This document shows, one piece after another, positions 42,054-50,925 of a stretch of DNA of 64,000 nt. A model generated the notes under the pieces. It saw nothing but the letters and a program-made list of their open reading frames with translations. It did not search any database and had not been told where the DNA came from. The number at the start of each line of letters is the position of its first letter. The stretch's first letter is position 1. Origin of the DNA: an uncultured Acidobacteriota bacterium (GTDB lineage: Bacteria; Acidobacteriota; Thermoanaerobaculia; Gp7-AA8); NCBI GenBank assembly GCA_963741955.1, contig CAVUKB010000005.1, positions 1,248,001-1,312,000 of the forward strand, written 5' to 3'. A program made the position numbers and the translations under genes.

Positions 42054-42710
42054 TCAGAATGCGAGTTCGGGGACCTCGCCTCGAACGATGATGTGCGGCT
42101 CGGTCAGCTCCTGAACCTGTGCGGCGGTGACTCCCGGAGCCAGCTCGATCAGCTCCAGACCTTCCCCGGTCACGTCGAGTACGCAATAGTCCGTAATGAT
42201 GCGGTTCACGCAGCGGACGCCGGTGAGCGGAAGGTTGCAGTGTTTGAGAATCTTCCGATCTCCCTTTTTCGTCACGTGTTCCATGGTGACGATCAGGCGC
42301 TTGGCCGACGTGACCAGATCCATCGCGCCGCCCATCCCCTTGACCATTGCTCCCGGCACCATCCAGTTCGCAATGTCGCCCCCCTCGGAGACCTGCATCG
42401 CTCCGAGAATGGAGATGTCGATCTTCCCGCCGCGGATCATGGCGAAGGAGTCGGCAGAGGAAAAGAATGCGGCCCCGGGAAGAACGGTCACGGTCTGTTT
42501 GCCGGCGTTGATCAGGTCCGCATCGACCTCGTCTTCGCGGGGAAACGGGCCGAGTCCGAGGATTCCGTTCTCCGATTGCAGGATCACCTCGACACCCGGG
42601 GGTATGTTGTTCGCCACCAGCGTCGGCATTCCGATGCCGAGGTTCACGTAATCACCGTCTTTCAGTTCGCGGGCAGCACGCTTGACGATCTGTTCTCGAG
42701 TCAATGGCAT
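42054..42710 (-). CDS. scoB: 3-oxoacid CoA-transferase subunit B
   Basis: [10 protein letters not shown], catalytic [23 protein letters not shown]. Confidence 0.93.
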   Translation of the reverse strand: MPLTREQIVKRAARELKDGDYVNLGIGMPTLVANNIPPGVEVILQSENGILGLGPFPREDEVDADLINAGKQTVTVLPGAAFFSSADSFAMIRGGKIDISILGAMQVSEGGDIANWMVPGAMVKGMGGAMDLVTSAKRLIVTMEHVTKKGDRKILKHCNLPLTGVRCVNRIITDYCVLDVTGEGLELIELAPGVTAAQVQELTEPHIIVRGEVPELAF

Positions 42711-42753
42711 CTTTCGATCCTCAAAACCTCTCGTCGAGGAGAGTGTGATCAGC

Positions 42754-43449
42754 TCAGCTCTTGCGGACGGTTCGCTGCTCGATCCTCTTCTCCCGAGGAG
42801 CGACGACCAGCCGGTGGACGAAGATCCCCGGGGTGTGAATCGCATCGGGATCGAGCTCGCCCGGCTCGACGAGCTCCTCGACTTCTGCGATGCAGATCTT
42901 TCCTGCCGTCGCGGCCATCGGATTGAAGTTGCGAGCGGTCTTGTGGAAGACGAGGTTTCCGAAGCGATCACCCTTCCACGCTGCGACCAAGGAGAAGTCG
43001 CCGACGATGCCTCGTTCCATCACGTAGTTCTTCCCGTCGAACTCCCGGGTCTCTTTTCCTTCGGCGACGATCGTACCGTAGCCCGCCGGAGTGAAAAACG
43101 CAGGGATTCCTGCGCCACCGGCACGCATACGTTCGGCGAGCGTGCCCTGTGGCGCGAACTCCACCTCCAGTTCACCAGCCAGATACTGCCGCTCGAACTC
43201 GGCGTTCTCACCGACATAGGAGGAGACCATCTTGCGGATCTGCCGGGTCTGCAGCAGCAGTCCGAGTCCCCAGTCATCGACGCCCGCGTTGTTGGAGACG
43301 CAGGTCAGATCCTTCACTCCTCGTCTGACCAGCGCCGCGATCAGATTTTCCGGGATTCCGCAGAGTCCGAACCCACCGACGATCAATGTCGCGCCATCGG
43401 GGATGTCACTGACTGCTTCGTCGGCTCCAGAGACTACCTTGTCGATCAC
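42754..43449 (-). CDS. scoA: 3-oxoacid CoA-transferase subunit A
   Basis: [40 protein letters not shown]. Confidence 0.93.
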   Translation of the reverse strand: MIDKVVSGADEAVSDIPDGATLIVGGFGLCGIPENLIAALVRRGVKDLTCVSNNAGVDDWGLGLLLQTRQIRKMVSSYVGENAEFERQYLAGELEVEFAPQGTLAERMRAGGAGIPAFFTPAGYGTIVAEGKETREFDGKNYVMERGIVGDFSLVAAWKGDRFGNLVFHKTARNFNPMAATAGKICIAEVEELVEPGELDPDAIHTPGIFVHRLVVAPREKRIEQRTVRKS

Positions 43450-43569
43450 CTTCTCCTCCGGCTCTTCGAATGGTGGAAGCGAGAGCCTATCAGAAGTCGC
43501 GAAGCGATTGACAGCGGCCGAGATGCTCCCGATACCTGCGAGCCGGGACTGCCATCATCGAATCACCGA

Positions 43570-43607
43570 CGAGAGGGGAGGGACCCGTTGGTGTCCCTCC
43601 CCTCTCG
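43570..43607. repeat. Perfect 15-bp inverted repeat (stem-loop) between thiolase and scoA
   Basis: CGAGAGGGGAGGGAC-CCGTTGGT-GTCCCTCCCCTCTCG; no U-tract on either side. Confidence 0.7.
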
Positions 43608-43624
43608 GGGATCGAATCCGCGGC

Positions 43625-44800
43625 TCAGAGCATCTCGACGATCATCGCGGTGGCTTCGCCGCCACCGTTGCAGATCGACGCGAGACCGCGCGAGAGGCCG
43701 CGCTCCTGGAGCGCATGAAGGAGGGTGACCAGGATCCGGGCGCCGCTCGCACCGATCGGATGCCCCAGTGCAACCGCGCCTCCGTTCACGTTCAGTTTCT
43801 CACGAGGGATGTTCACGTCGCGCATGGCGGCAAGCGCCACCGCGGCGAAAGCCTCGTTGATCTCGAACAGATCGATGTCACCTGCCGAAAGCCCCGCCTT
43901 CTTCAGCACGAGCTCGATCGCTTTTCCGGGAGCCGTGGTGAACCACTCGGGCTCCTGGGAATGCGTCGACTGGGCGACGATCCGGGCCAGTGGCTGGAGG
44001 CCTTTTCCCTTCGCCCACTCCGCCGATGCGACGACCATGGCGGCAGCGCCGTCGCTGATCTTCGACGAATTCGCCGCAGTCACCGAACCGTCCTTCTGGA
44101 ACGCCGGACGCAGCTTTCCCATCTTGTCGAGAGGAGCGCTGAATGGTTCCTCGTCGTCGACGACGACGCTCTTTCCCTTGCGGGTCTCCATCTCGACGAC
44201 CGCGATCTCCTTCTTGAATTTTCCCTGCCGCACCGAGGCCTGGGCCCGTTCGTACGACTCGAGAGAGAACTGATCCTGTTCCTCGCGCGTGAAGCCGTAC
44301 TCGCCGACGCACGTCTCGGCGCAGTTACCCATGTGTTTGTCGCCGTACGGATCCCACAGGCCGTCATGGATCATCAGGTCGACCACCTTGTCGTTCCCCA
44401 TCCGGTATCCGCTCCGGGCCTTCGGAAGGATGTAGGGAGCGTTGGACATCGACTCCATCCCGCCGACAGCAGCCACGTCGTACTCGTCGCATCGAATGTC
44501 GTTGACGGCGAACATGACCGACTTGAGGCCCGAGCCGCAGACCTTGTTGATGGTGACGGCACCGGCCGAGACCGGAATGCCGGCTGCGATTGCGGCCTGT
44601 CGCGCCGGGGCCTGCCCGACGCCCCCCTGCAGGACGTTGCCCATCATGACGTTCTGGATCGAGCCGGGCTCCACTCCCGCCATCTGCATCGCGCAGCGGA
44701 TGGCGACCGCTCCCAGCTGCGGCGCAGACATCGACGAGAGGGATCCGAGGAATGAACCGATCGGGGTGCGTGCCCCGCTTAGAATGACGATTTCCTTCAT
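43625..44800 (-). CDS. Acetyl-CoA C-acetyltransferase (thiolase)
   Basis: ARTPIGSF, NKVCGSG, GGMESMS, EINEAF, GHPIGASG, CNGGG. The ATG at 44800 follows AAGGAG. Confidence 0.95.
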   Translation of the reverse strand: MKEIVILSGARTPIGSFLGSLSSMSAPQLGAVAIRCAMQMAGVEPGSIQNVMMGNVLQGGVGQAPARQAAIAAGIPVSAGAVTINKVCGSGLKSVMFAVNDIRCDEYDVAAVGGMESMSNAPYILPKARSGYRMGNDKVVDLMIHDGLWDPYGDKHMGNCAETCVGEYGFTREEQDQFSLESYERAQASVRQGKFKKEIAVVEMETRKGKSVVVDDEEPFSAPLDKMGKLRPAFQKDGSVTAANSSKISDGAAAMVVASAEWAKGKGLQPLARIVAQSTHSQEPEWFTTAPGKAIELVLKKAGLSAGDIDLFEINEAFAAVALAAMRDVNIPREKLNVNGGAVALGHPIGASGARILVTLLHALQERGLSRGLASICNGGGEATAMIVEML

Positions 44801-45041
44801 GAGAGTCTCCTTATCGAATTCGGCCGGTAGTCTATCAGCGGCACCGCGGGCCATGGCAAAAGGAAGAATCGCTCCCGAACTGCGAACTCTTCCGGCCCTC
44901 TATCGCTCCGCCTTCCCGAACGATATAATCCCGTTCCCGGGTGAGCCAAGCGCACGACCGACATCAGCGATCTGCCCTTCGGGACGCGCGGCTCCACGAC
45001 CACTGACCAGTCCCAAAACCCACTGAATCCGAGGTGTTTTC

Positions 45042-46397
45042 ATGCCTGTTTCCACGATCACGGACCGGAGGGTCCACGTTCAACCGGCAGAAGTCCATTC
45101 CGTGCTGTCGCGGCACATGCTCGCCGACGGCTACGACCTGGTGATGGACCTGCGGAAATCGAAAGGCTCCTGGGTCTTCGACGCGAAGCGCGGAAGACCT
45201 CTGCTCGATTTCTTTTCGAACTTCGCGTCATGTCCGATCGGCTACAACCATCCGAAACTCGATACGCCCGAGTTCCGCGAGCGGATCGTCGACGTGGCCC
45301 TCAACAAGCCGGCGAATTCGGACATCTACACCACACAGATGGCGGAGTTCGTCGAGACTTTCGCCCGCATCGCCATCCCTCCCGGCTTCAACAAGCACCT
45401 GTTCTTCGTCGAGGGAGGAGCGCTCGGGATCGAGAATGCGGTCAAGGCTGCATTCGACTGGAAGGTTCGAAAGAATTTCCAGAAGGGATACAAGGAAGAA
45501 CGCGGGAAGCAGATCATGCATCTCCGCGAAGCTTTCCACGGCCGAACCGGCTACACCCTTTCACTCACGAACACCGCCGATCCGCGAAAAACTCAGTATT
45601 TCCCGAAATTCGACTGGCCGCGGCTGCCGAATCCCAAGCTGCACTTCCCGCTCGACGACGAGGCGCTGGCCGCCGCCGAGAAGAGTGAGAACGAAACGCT
45701 GGAGATCGCGAAGAAGTTTCTGACCGAACGGAAAGACGACATCGCCGCCTTCATCATGGAACCGATCCAGGGCGAAGGAGGAGACAACCATTTCCGCCCC
45801 GAGTTCTTCCGGAAGATGCGAGAGCTCTGCGACGAGAACGAGATGCTCCTCATCTTCGACGAGGTCCAGTCCGGAGTCGGTCTGACCGGGAAAATGTGGG
45901 CCTTCGAGCATGTCGGCGTCGAGCCGGACATGTTCTGTTTCGGAAAAAAGACCCAGGTCTGCGGTTTCGCGGCGAGCGAAAGAATCTTCGATCTCGACGA
46001 GAACGTCTTCACCATCTCCTCCCGGATCAATTCGACCTGGGGTGGAAATCTGACCGACATGGTCCGCTCGCAGCGTTACTTCGAGATCATCGACGACGAA
46101 TCGCTGGTGGAGAATGCCGCGAAGGTCGGCGAGGTGTTCCTCGGCGGACTGGAGGAGCTCGGACGGAAGTTCCCGAATCTCCTCTCGAACGTACGCGGAC
46201 GCGGCCTGATGTGCGCATTCGATCTGCCGAGCGGCGAGATCCGCGACAAGGCCATCAACGCGATGGAGGAGAACGGGCTGCTGGTCCTCGCGTCCGGACA
46301 TCGCTCCATCCGCTTCAGGCCGGCCCTGAATCTCACCGCCGACGAGGCCCGGACGGGGCTCGACCGGATGGCGGAGTCTCTCGGCCAGATCGCCTGA
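45042..46397 (+). CDS. lat: L-lysine 6-transaminase (class III aminotransferase)
   Basis: HMLADG, NKPANSDIYT, FFVEGGAL..ENA.KAAFDWK, FHGRTGYTLSLTNT, EPIQGEGGD, DEVQSG, PLP-Lys FGKKTQVCG, SRINSTWGG. Confidence 0.92.
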   Translation: MPVSTITDRRVHVQPAEVHSVLSRHMLADGYDLVMDLRKSKGSWVFDAKRGRPLLDFFSNFASCPIGYNHPKLDTPEFRERIVDVALNKPANSDIYTTQMAEFVETFARIAIPPGFNKHLFFVEGGALGIENAVKAAFDWKVRKNFQKGYKEERGKQIMHLREAFHGRTGYTLSLTNTADPRKTQYFPKFDWPRLPNPKLHFPLDDEALAAAEKSENETLEIAKKFLTERKDDIAAFIMEPIQGEGGDNHFRPEFFRKMRELCDENEMLLIFDEVQSGVGLTGKMWAFEHVGVEPDMFCFGKKTQVCGFAASERIFDLDENVFTISSRINSTWGGNLTDMVRSQRYFEIIDDESLVENAAKVGEVFLGGLEELGRKFPNLLSNVRGRGLMCAFDLPSGEIRDKAINAMEENGLLVLASGHRSIRFRPALNLTADEARTGLDRMAESLGQIA

Positions 46398-46421
46398 ACC
46401 TTTACTCGGCGGATGAAAACG

Positions 46422-46453
46422 AAAAACGGGCGCCAGCGTGCGCCCGTTTTTTT
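46422..46453. terminator. Bidirectional intrinsic terminator between lat and the desaturase
   Basis: AAAAACGGGCGC-CAGCGT-GCGCCCGTTTTTTT between convergent genes. Confidence 0.88.
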
Positions 46454-46470
46454 GTTTCCCGCGGAATCCG

Positions 46471-47457
46471 CTATCGGCTGACCGCGACCGGCGACGCCGG
46501 TGCCTCGCCACTCCACCGAGTGTGCGGCGCACGGTTCATCACGATGTAGTTCCACAGAAGAGAACCGTACGAACGCGGGACGATCCCTCTCTTCGCGTAG
46601 AACGGCAAGAGCAGGCGCTGAAGTCTCGGGAGGTTGTAAAGCGGGACGGAGGGGAAGTAGTGGTGCTCGAGGTGGTAATTCGAGCAGAGGAAGACCACGT
46701 CCCAGAACCACGATGCCTTCATCAGCGTCGACCAGCGCGCCGGATCGGCGGGATCGATGTCGTAGTGCTGCCCGAGACGGTTGAGCGCGAAGGCCACCGG
46801 AAAGACGAGGAAGTAAGGAACCAGGTAGACCCTGAATGCGATCCACCAGCCGGCGAAGAAGCCGATCGCCGCGAGGACAATCAGGTGGAGCAGAATCGTT
46901 ACCGTCCGCTCCCGGGCGATCTTTCTCTGCAGTTCGGTTGAGTACGCCGAGGTCTCCCGCTTCGCCGCCCGAAAATAGATGAAGAAGAGGGCGGGGGTGA
47001 AATAGAGCAGCTTCAGCCAGCGCGCATTTCGCTTCGGCGACAGGTAGTGGCGCTTGGGATCATCCAGATCGGAGCCAAGTCCCGCGTGGTGGTCGAGATG
47101 CCATCGAGTGAACTGACGCGCCGAGATTCCGCTCGGGATTGCGTAGAGAAGCCCGAGGAACCGGTAGAGCCGGCGACCCGAGTACTCCGTAATCGTGCGG
47201 TGCACGACTTCGTGAAGGAGAACGGTGAAATCGAAGATCGCGAACCCGGCGACGACCGAGCAGGGTAGCCAGAAAAACCAGCGATCGAAGAGCACCGCCC
47301 CCGACATCGCAGCGGCGAGAACGAGATAGAGCGCCGCCGCTACCGCTGCGTGGCGCAAGGGGCTGCGTCGGTGGAGCCGGCGCAGCTCGGCAGTCGGAAG
47401 CTCTCGTCCGAGAGCCTGTCGCAGCTCGGCTGTGTGTTCGGCGTAGTACGTGCTCAT
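46471..47457 (-). CDS. Membrane fatty acid desaturase family protein
   Basis: Three His boxes (HEVVH, HLDHH, HLEHH) and TM helices. Confidence 0.88.
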   Translation of the reverse strand: MSTYYAEHTAELRQALGRELPTAELRRLHRRSPLRHAAVAAALYLVLAAAMSGAVLFDRWFFWLPCSVVAGFAIFDFTVLLHEVVHRTITEYSGRRLYRFLGLLYAIPSGISARQFTRWHLDHHAGLGSDLDDPKRHYLSPKRNARWLKLLYFTPALFFIYFRAAKRETSAYSTELQRKIARERTVTILLHLIVLAAIGFFAGWWIAFRVYLVPYFLVFPVAFALNRLGQHYDIDPADPARWSTLMKASWFWDVVFLCSNYHLEHHYFPSVPLYNLPRLQRLLLPFYAKRGIVPRSYGSLLWNYIVMNRAPHTRWSGEAPASPVAVSR

Positions 47458-47657
47458 CGAAACGATTTGGGGGATCCTCCCGGACGATCCAACAGAACGG
47501 TCCCGGTGATTTATTCGGAAACGCCCCTCGGATCTTCGCTTCCAGAACGGGCGACCCCACAAGAAGGATTCCCCCGGAAACCAACGCTCTCAGCCGGGTG
47601 GCCGGGCCTCCCACGGGAGCGTCGAGTATAATTGGACACGCTTCAGTCACAGGGGGA

Positions 47658-49676
47658 ATGATGGCGCTGCCCGAGCCAGCGATCGCGCCGGAGCGCGAAG
47701 TGGTGCTGGCCGCCGACGACAACGAACAGAATCTCCAGCTGCTGGAAGAGTATCTCTGGCAATGGGGATACGAAGTCGTGGTGGCCCGCGACGGGAGGGA
47801 AGCGCTTCAACTTTTCCCCCAGCACAATCCCTCCCTGATCGTCCTCGACGTCATGATGCCGGTCATGGACGGCTACGATGCGTGCTCACGCATCAAGGCG
47901 ACTGCTCAGGGGCGACGGATCCCGATCGTGATGCTCACCGCATTGACCGGGAGTGAAGAAAAAATCCGCGCGCTGGAGAACGGAGCCGACGACTTTCTCA
48001 ACAAGCCGATCAACAAAGAGGAGCTCCGGACGCGGATCCGTTCGCTGATCCGTATCCGGAACCTCCGAAAAGAGCTCGATTCGAGCGAGAACATCCTGGT
48101 CACCCTGACCTCTGCGCTGGAGAACAAAGATCCTCGAAGCGGCGGGCACGTCCATCGCGTGGCTTCCTACTGCGCGCAGATCTGTGAACGGATCGGGATG
48201 TCATCCGAGGACCGGGAAATCATCATCAAGGGGGCGCTCCTTCACGATCTGGGGAAGATCGGCGTTCCCGAAGAGGTGCTCGCAAAGAATGGCCCCCTGA
48301 CCGGACCGGAGGAAGAGGAGCTCAGGAAACACGCCCGAATGGGAGCTTCGATCCTCGAACCGATGCGGACCTTCCAGCATCTGATTCCGATGGTTCGTTG
48401 GCACCATGAACGTTTCGACGGGCAGGGCTACCCGGATGGAATTGCCGGCGAACAGATTCCCCTCGAGGCGCGGATCGTCGCGATCGCGAACCGGTTCGAC
48501 GAAATCCGTCACGGCCCGGAAATGCCGAGCCAGCAGCGTGCGATCGAGGAGTTGAGCCGCGAGACTGAAGGCGGCGGCTTCGACCCTCAACTTTTCGATC
48601 TCTTCCGTGCTGCTCTCCGGGAGGAGCCACTTCATGCCGACCGTACCGAAGCGATTCGGCTGCGCCATGCGGAACGCCATCCGCGCGTCCTCTGCGTCGA
48701 CGACAGCCGCCACAACAGGGAGCTGATCGCCGCCACGCTCACCGGAGAAGGCCTCGAAGTGGTGCAGGCCGAGAACGGCCGGATGGCGATGGAACTTCTC
48801 CACCGCGAGCCGATCGACCTGATCCTCCTCGATCTCGTCATGCCGGTACAGGACGGAACCGACACCCTGCAAAACATCCGCTCCGATCCGGCTTTCGAAT
48901 TTCTTCCGGTGATCGTTCTGACCGCGCATCGAAACGCAGAACTGCGGAAACGAGCCATCATCGGAGGGGCGGACGATTTTCTCAGCTATCCGGTGAATCG
49001 ACTGGAACTGACCACGCGCATCCGTTCGCTTCTGAGGATCCGCGAGTTTCACGCGGATCTCGAGCAGACCCAGAACGTGATCTGCGCACTGGCCCTCGCG
49101 ATCGAAGCGAAGGATCGATACACCCGCGGCCATTCACAACGAGTGGGAGACCTCGCTCACGCATTTGCTCTCCATCTCGGACTGGGGGAAGCAACGGCGG
49201 AGCGGATCCACGTCGCCGGACTGCTTCACGACATCGGGAAGATCGCCGTGCCCGAAGCCCTGCTGAACAAGAAAGGTCCGCTCACCCGGGACGAGTTCAT
49301 GCGAGTCATCGATCACCCGGTGATCGGCGAAGAGATCTGCCGTCCTCTGCACACGCTTTCTTCGGTGCTGAAGCTGATCCGGCACCATCATGAGCGGTTC
49401 GATGGACGGGGCTACCCCGACGGCCTTTCCGGAGAGACCATCCCGTACGACGTCCGTCTCCTCTCGATCGTGGATGCATACGATGCGCTGACTTCGGACC
49501 GCGCCTACCGCCCCGCTCCCCTCACCCACCACGCCGCTCTCGAGACTCTGCGGCGAGAAGCATCCGCGGGGAAATGGGACTCCGCCATGCTGGGGCACTT
49601 CTGCGACTTCATCGGCGATTCCTCTCCCGACTTCGACAGTATCTCCCTCCCCGTTCCGATGCTTCATCTGGAGTGA
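47658..49676 (+). CDS. Response regulator / c-di-GMP phosphodiesterase with tandem (REC-HD-GYP)x2
   Basis: Two REC domains (LDVMMP, LDLVMP), each followed by HD-GYP (HDLGK..HHERFDGQGYPDG; HDIGK..HHERFDGRGYPDG). TATAAT at 47627-47632. Confidence 0.92.
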   Translation: MMALPEPAIAPEREVVLAADDNEQNLQLLEEYLWQWGYEVVVARDGREALQLFPQHNPSLIVLDVMMPVMDGYDACSRIKATAQGRRIPIVMLTALTGSEEKIRALENGADDFLNKPINKEELRTRIRSLIRIRNLRKELDSSENILVTLTSALENKDPRSGGHVHRVASYCAQICERIGMSSEDREIIIKGALLHDLGKIGVPEEVLAKNGPLTGPEEEELRKHARMGASILEPMRTFQHLIPMVRWHHERFDGQGYPDGIAGEQIPLEARIVAIANRFDEIRHGPEMPSQQRAIEELSRETEGGGFDPQLFDLFRAALREEPLHADRTEAIRLRHAERHPRVLCVDDSRHNRELIAATLTGEGLEVVQAENGRMAMELLHREPIDLILLDLVMPVQDGTDTLQNIRSDPAFEFLPVIVLTAHRNAELRKRAIIGGADDFLSYPVNRLELTTRIRSLLRIREFHADLEQTQNVICALALAIEAKDRYTRGHSQRVGDLAHAFALHLGLGEATAERIHVAGLLHDIGKIAVPEALLNKKGPLTRDEFMRVIDHPVIGEEICRPLHTLSSVLKLIRHHHERFDGRGYPDGLSGETIPYDVRLLSIVDAYDALTSDRAYRPAPLTHHAALETLRREASAGKWDSAMLGHFCDFIGDSSPDFDSISLPVPMLHLE

Positions 49677-49831
49677 AGCGGTCAGACCGAAGTCCCACCA
49701 TCTCGCCGGTTCGCCGGATGCCCGGATCACCAATCCGCGGTAGAATGCCCCTCCTGCGCCGGTCGAGGTCGGAATTGCGGAGCGACTGACCACTTTTCGC
49801 CGACCCTCTGACCGGCAGCACCCCTGAACCC

Positions 49832-50794
49832 ATGTTGACGTTTCTCGATCCGCTGAAACAGTCGGACCTCCCGCGCGAGTGCGTTGCCACCATCGGCAAC
49901 TTCGACGGGATGCACATCGGCCACCAGACGATCATCCGCGACGTGGTCGAACGGGGGCGAGACCTGGGTCTTCCCGCTGTGGTGATCACGTTTCAGCCGC
50001 ATCCTCTCAGCGTCGTCGCGCCCGACCGGGTGCCGAAGCAGATCATGACCCTGGCACAGAAGGAAGAGCTGATCGCCCGGAGCGGTGCCGACGCAACGCT
50101 GGTGATTCCCTTCACTCCCGAGTTCTCCCGCTGGACGGCGCGAGAGTTCGTAGAGACGTTTCTCGTCCAACGCCTGGGGGTGCGTGAAGTCTGGATCGGC
50201 CGTGATTTCTGCTTCGGCGCGGGGCGGGAGGGAGACCTGAATTCCCTCACGGAGATGGGGCACCAGCACCACTTCGCAGTTCAGGGGATCGACGACATAC
50301 GGATCGGTGGAGTCCGGGTCTCGAGCTCTCTCATCCGGCGTGCGATTCAAAAAGGGGCGATGCACTACGTGTCCCTGGCCCTCGGCCGCACCTACTCGAT
50401 CGACGGGAGCGTAGAGACCGGGATGCGCCTCGGCCGCCGCATCGGGTTCCCCACAGTGAACGTCGAACCGGAGAACGAGCTGTTTCCCGGATCCGCGGTC
50501 TACGTCACCACCTGCCAGTTCGAGACGTTCGCCGGGAGCTTCCAGAGCGTCACCAACATCGGAGTCCGTCCGACCCTTTACGAGAATTTCTCCACCACCA
50601 TCGAGAGCCACATTCTCGACTTCGACTCGAATGTCTACGGTGACAGGATCCGGGTCTATTTTCATCGACTCCTCCGTCGCGAGAAACAGTTCCGCTCAGC
50701 GCTCGAGCTCACCAACCAGATCCGGATGGACATCGATCAGACCCGCCGTTACTTCCGGGAGCATCCTTTCGAGTTGACGCCTTCCGGACAGTGA
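49832..50794 (+). CDS. ribF: Bifunctional riboflavin kinase/FAD synthetase
   Basis: TIGNFDGMHIGHQ, TFQPHP, VSSSLIR, GRRIGFPTVN, NIGVRPT, IESHI. Confidence 0.95.
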   Translation: MLTFLDPLKQSDLPRECVATIGNFDGMHIGHQTIIRDVVERGRDLGLPAVVITFQPHPLSVVAPDRVPKQIMTLAQKEELIARSGADATLVIPFTPEFSRWTAREFVETFLVQRLGVREVWIGRDFCFGAGREGDLNSLTEMGHQHHFAVQGIDDIRIGGVRVSSSLIRRAIQKGAMHYVSLALGRTYSIDGSVETGMRLGRRIGFPTVNVEPENELFPGSAVYVTTCQFETFAGSFQSVTNIGVRPTLYENFSTTIESHILDFDSNVYGDRIRVYFHRLLRREKQFRSALELTNQIRMDIDQTRRYFREHPFELTPSGQ

Positions 50795-50925
50795 TTCGCC
50801 TCGCCTGCGGATCCCGGCGACGAGCGGGGCGATTCCGGAAGGCGTGATTTGCCGCCCCCGGGGACCCGATTCCGTAGCCAATCCGAACACGATCGGACGA
50901 GGCTCGGCTACAATGTCGCCGAAAG

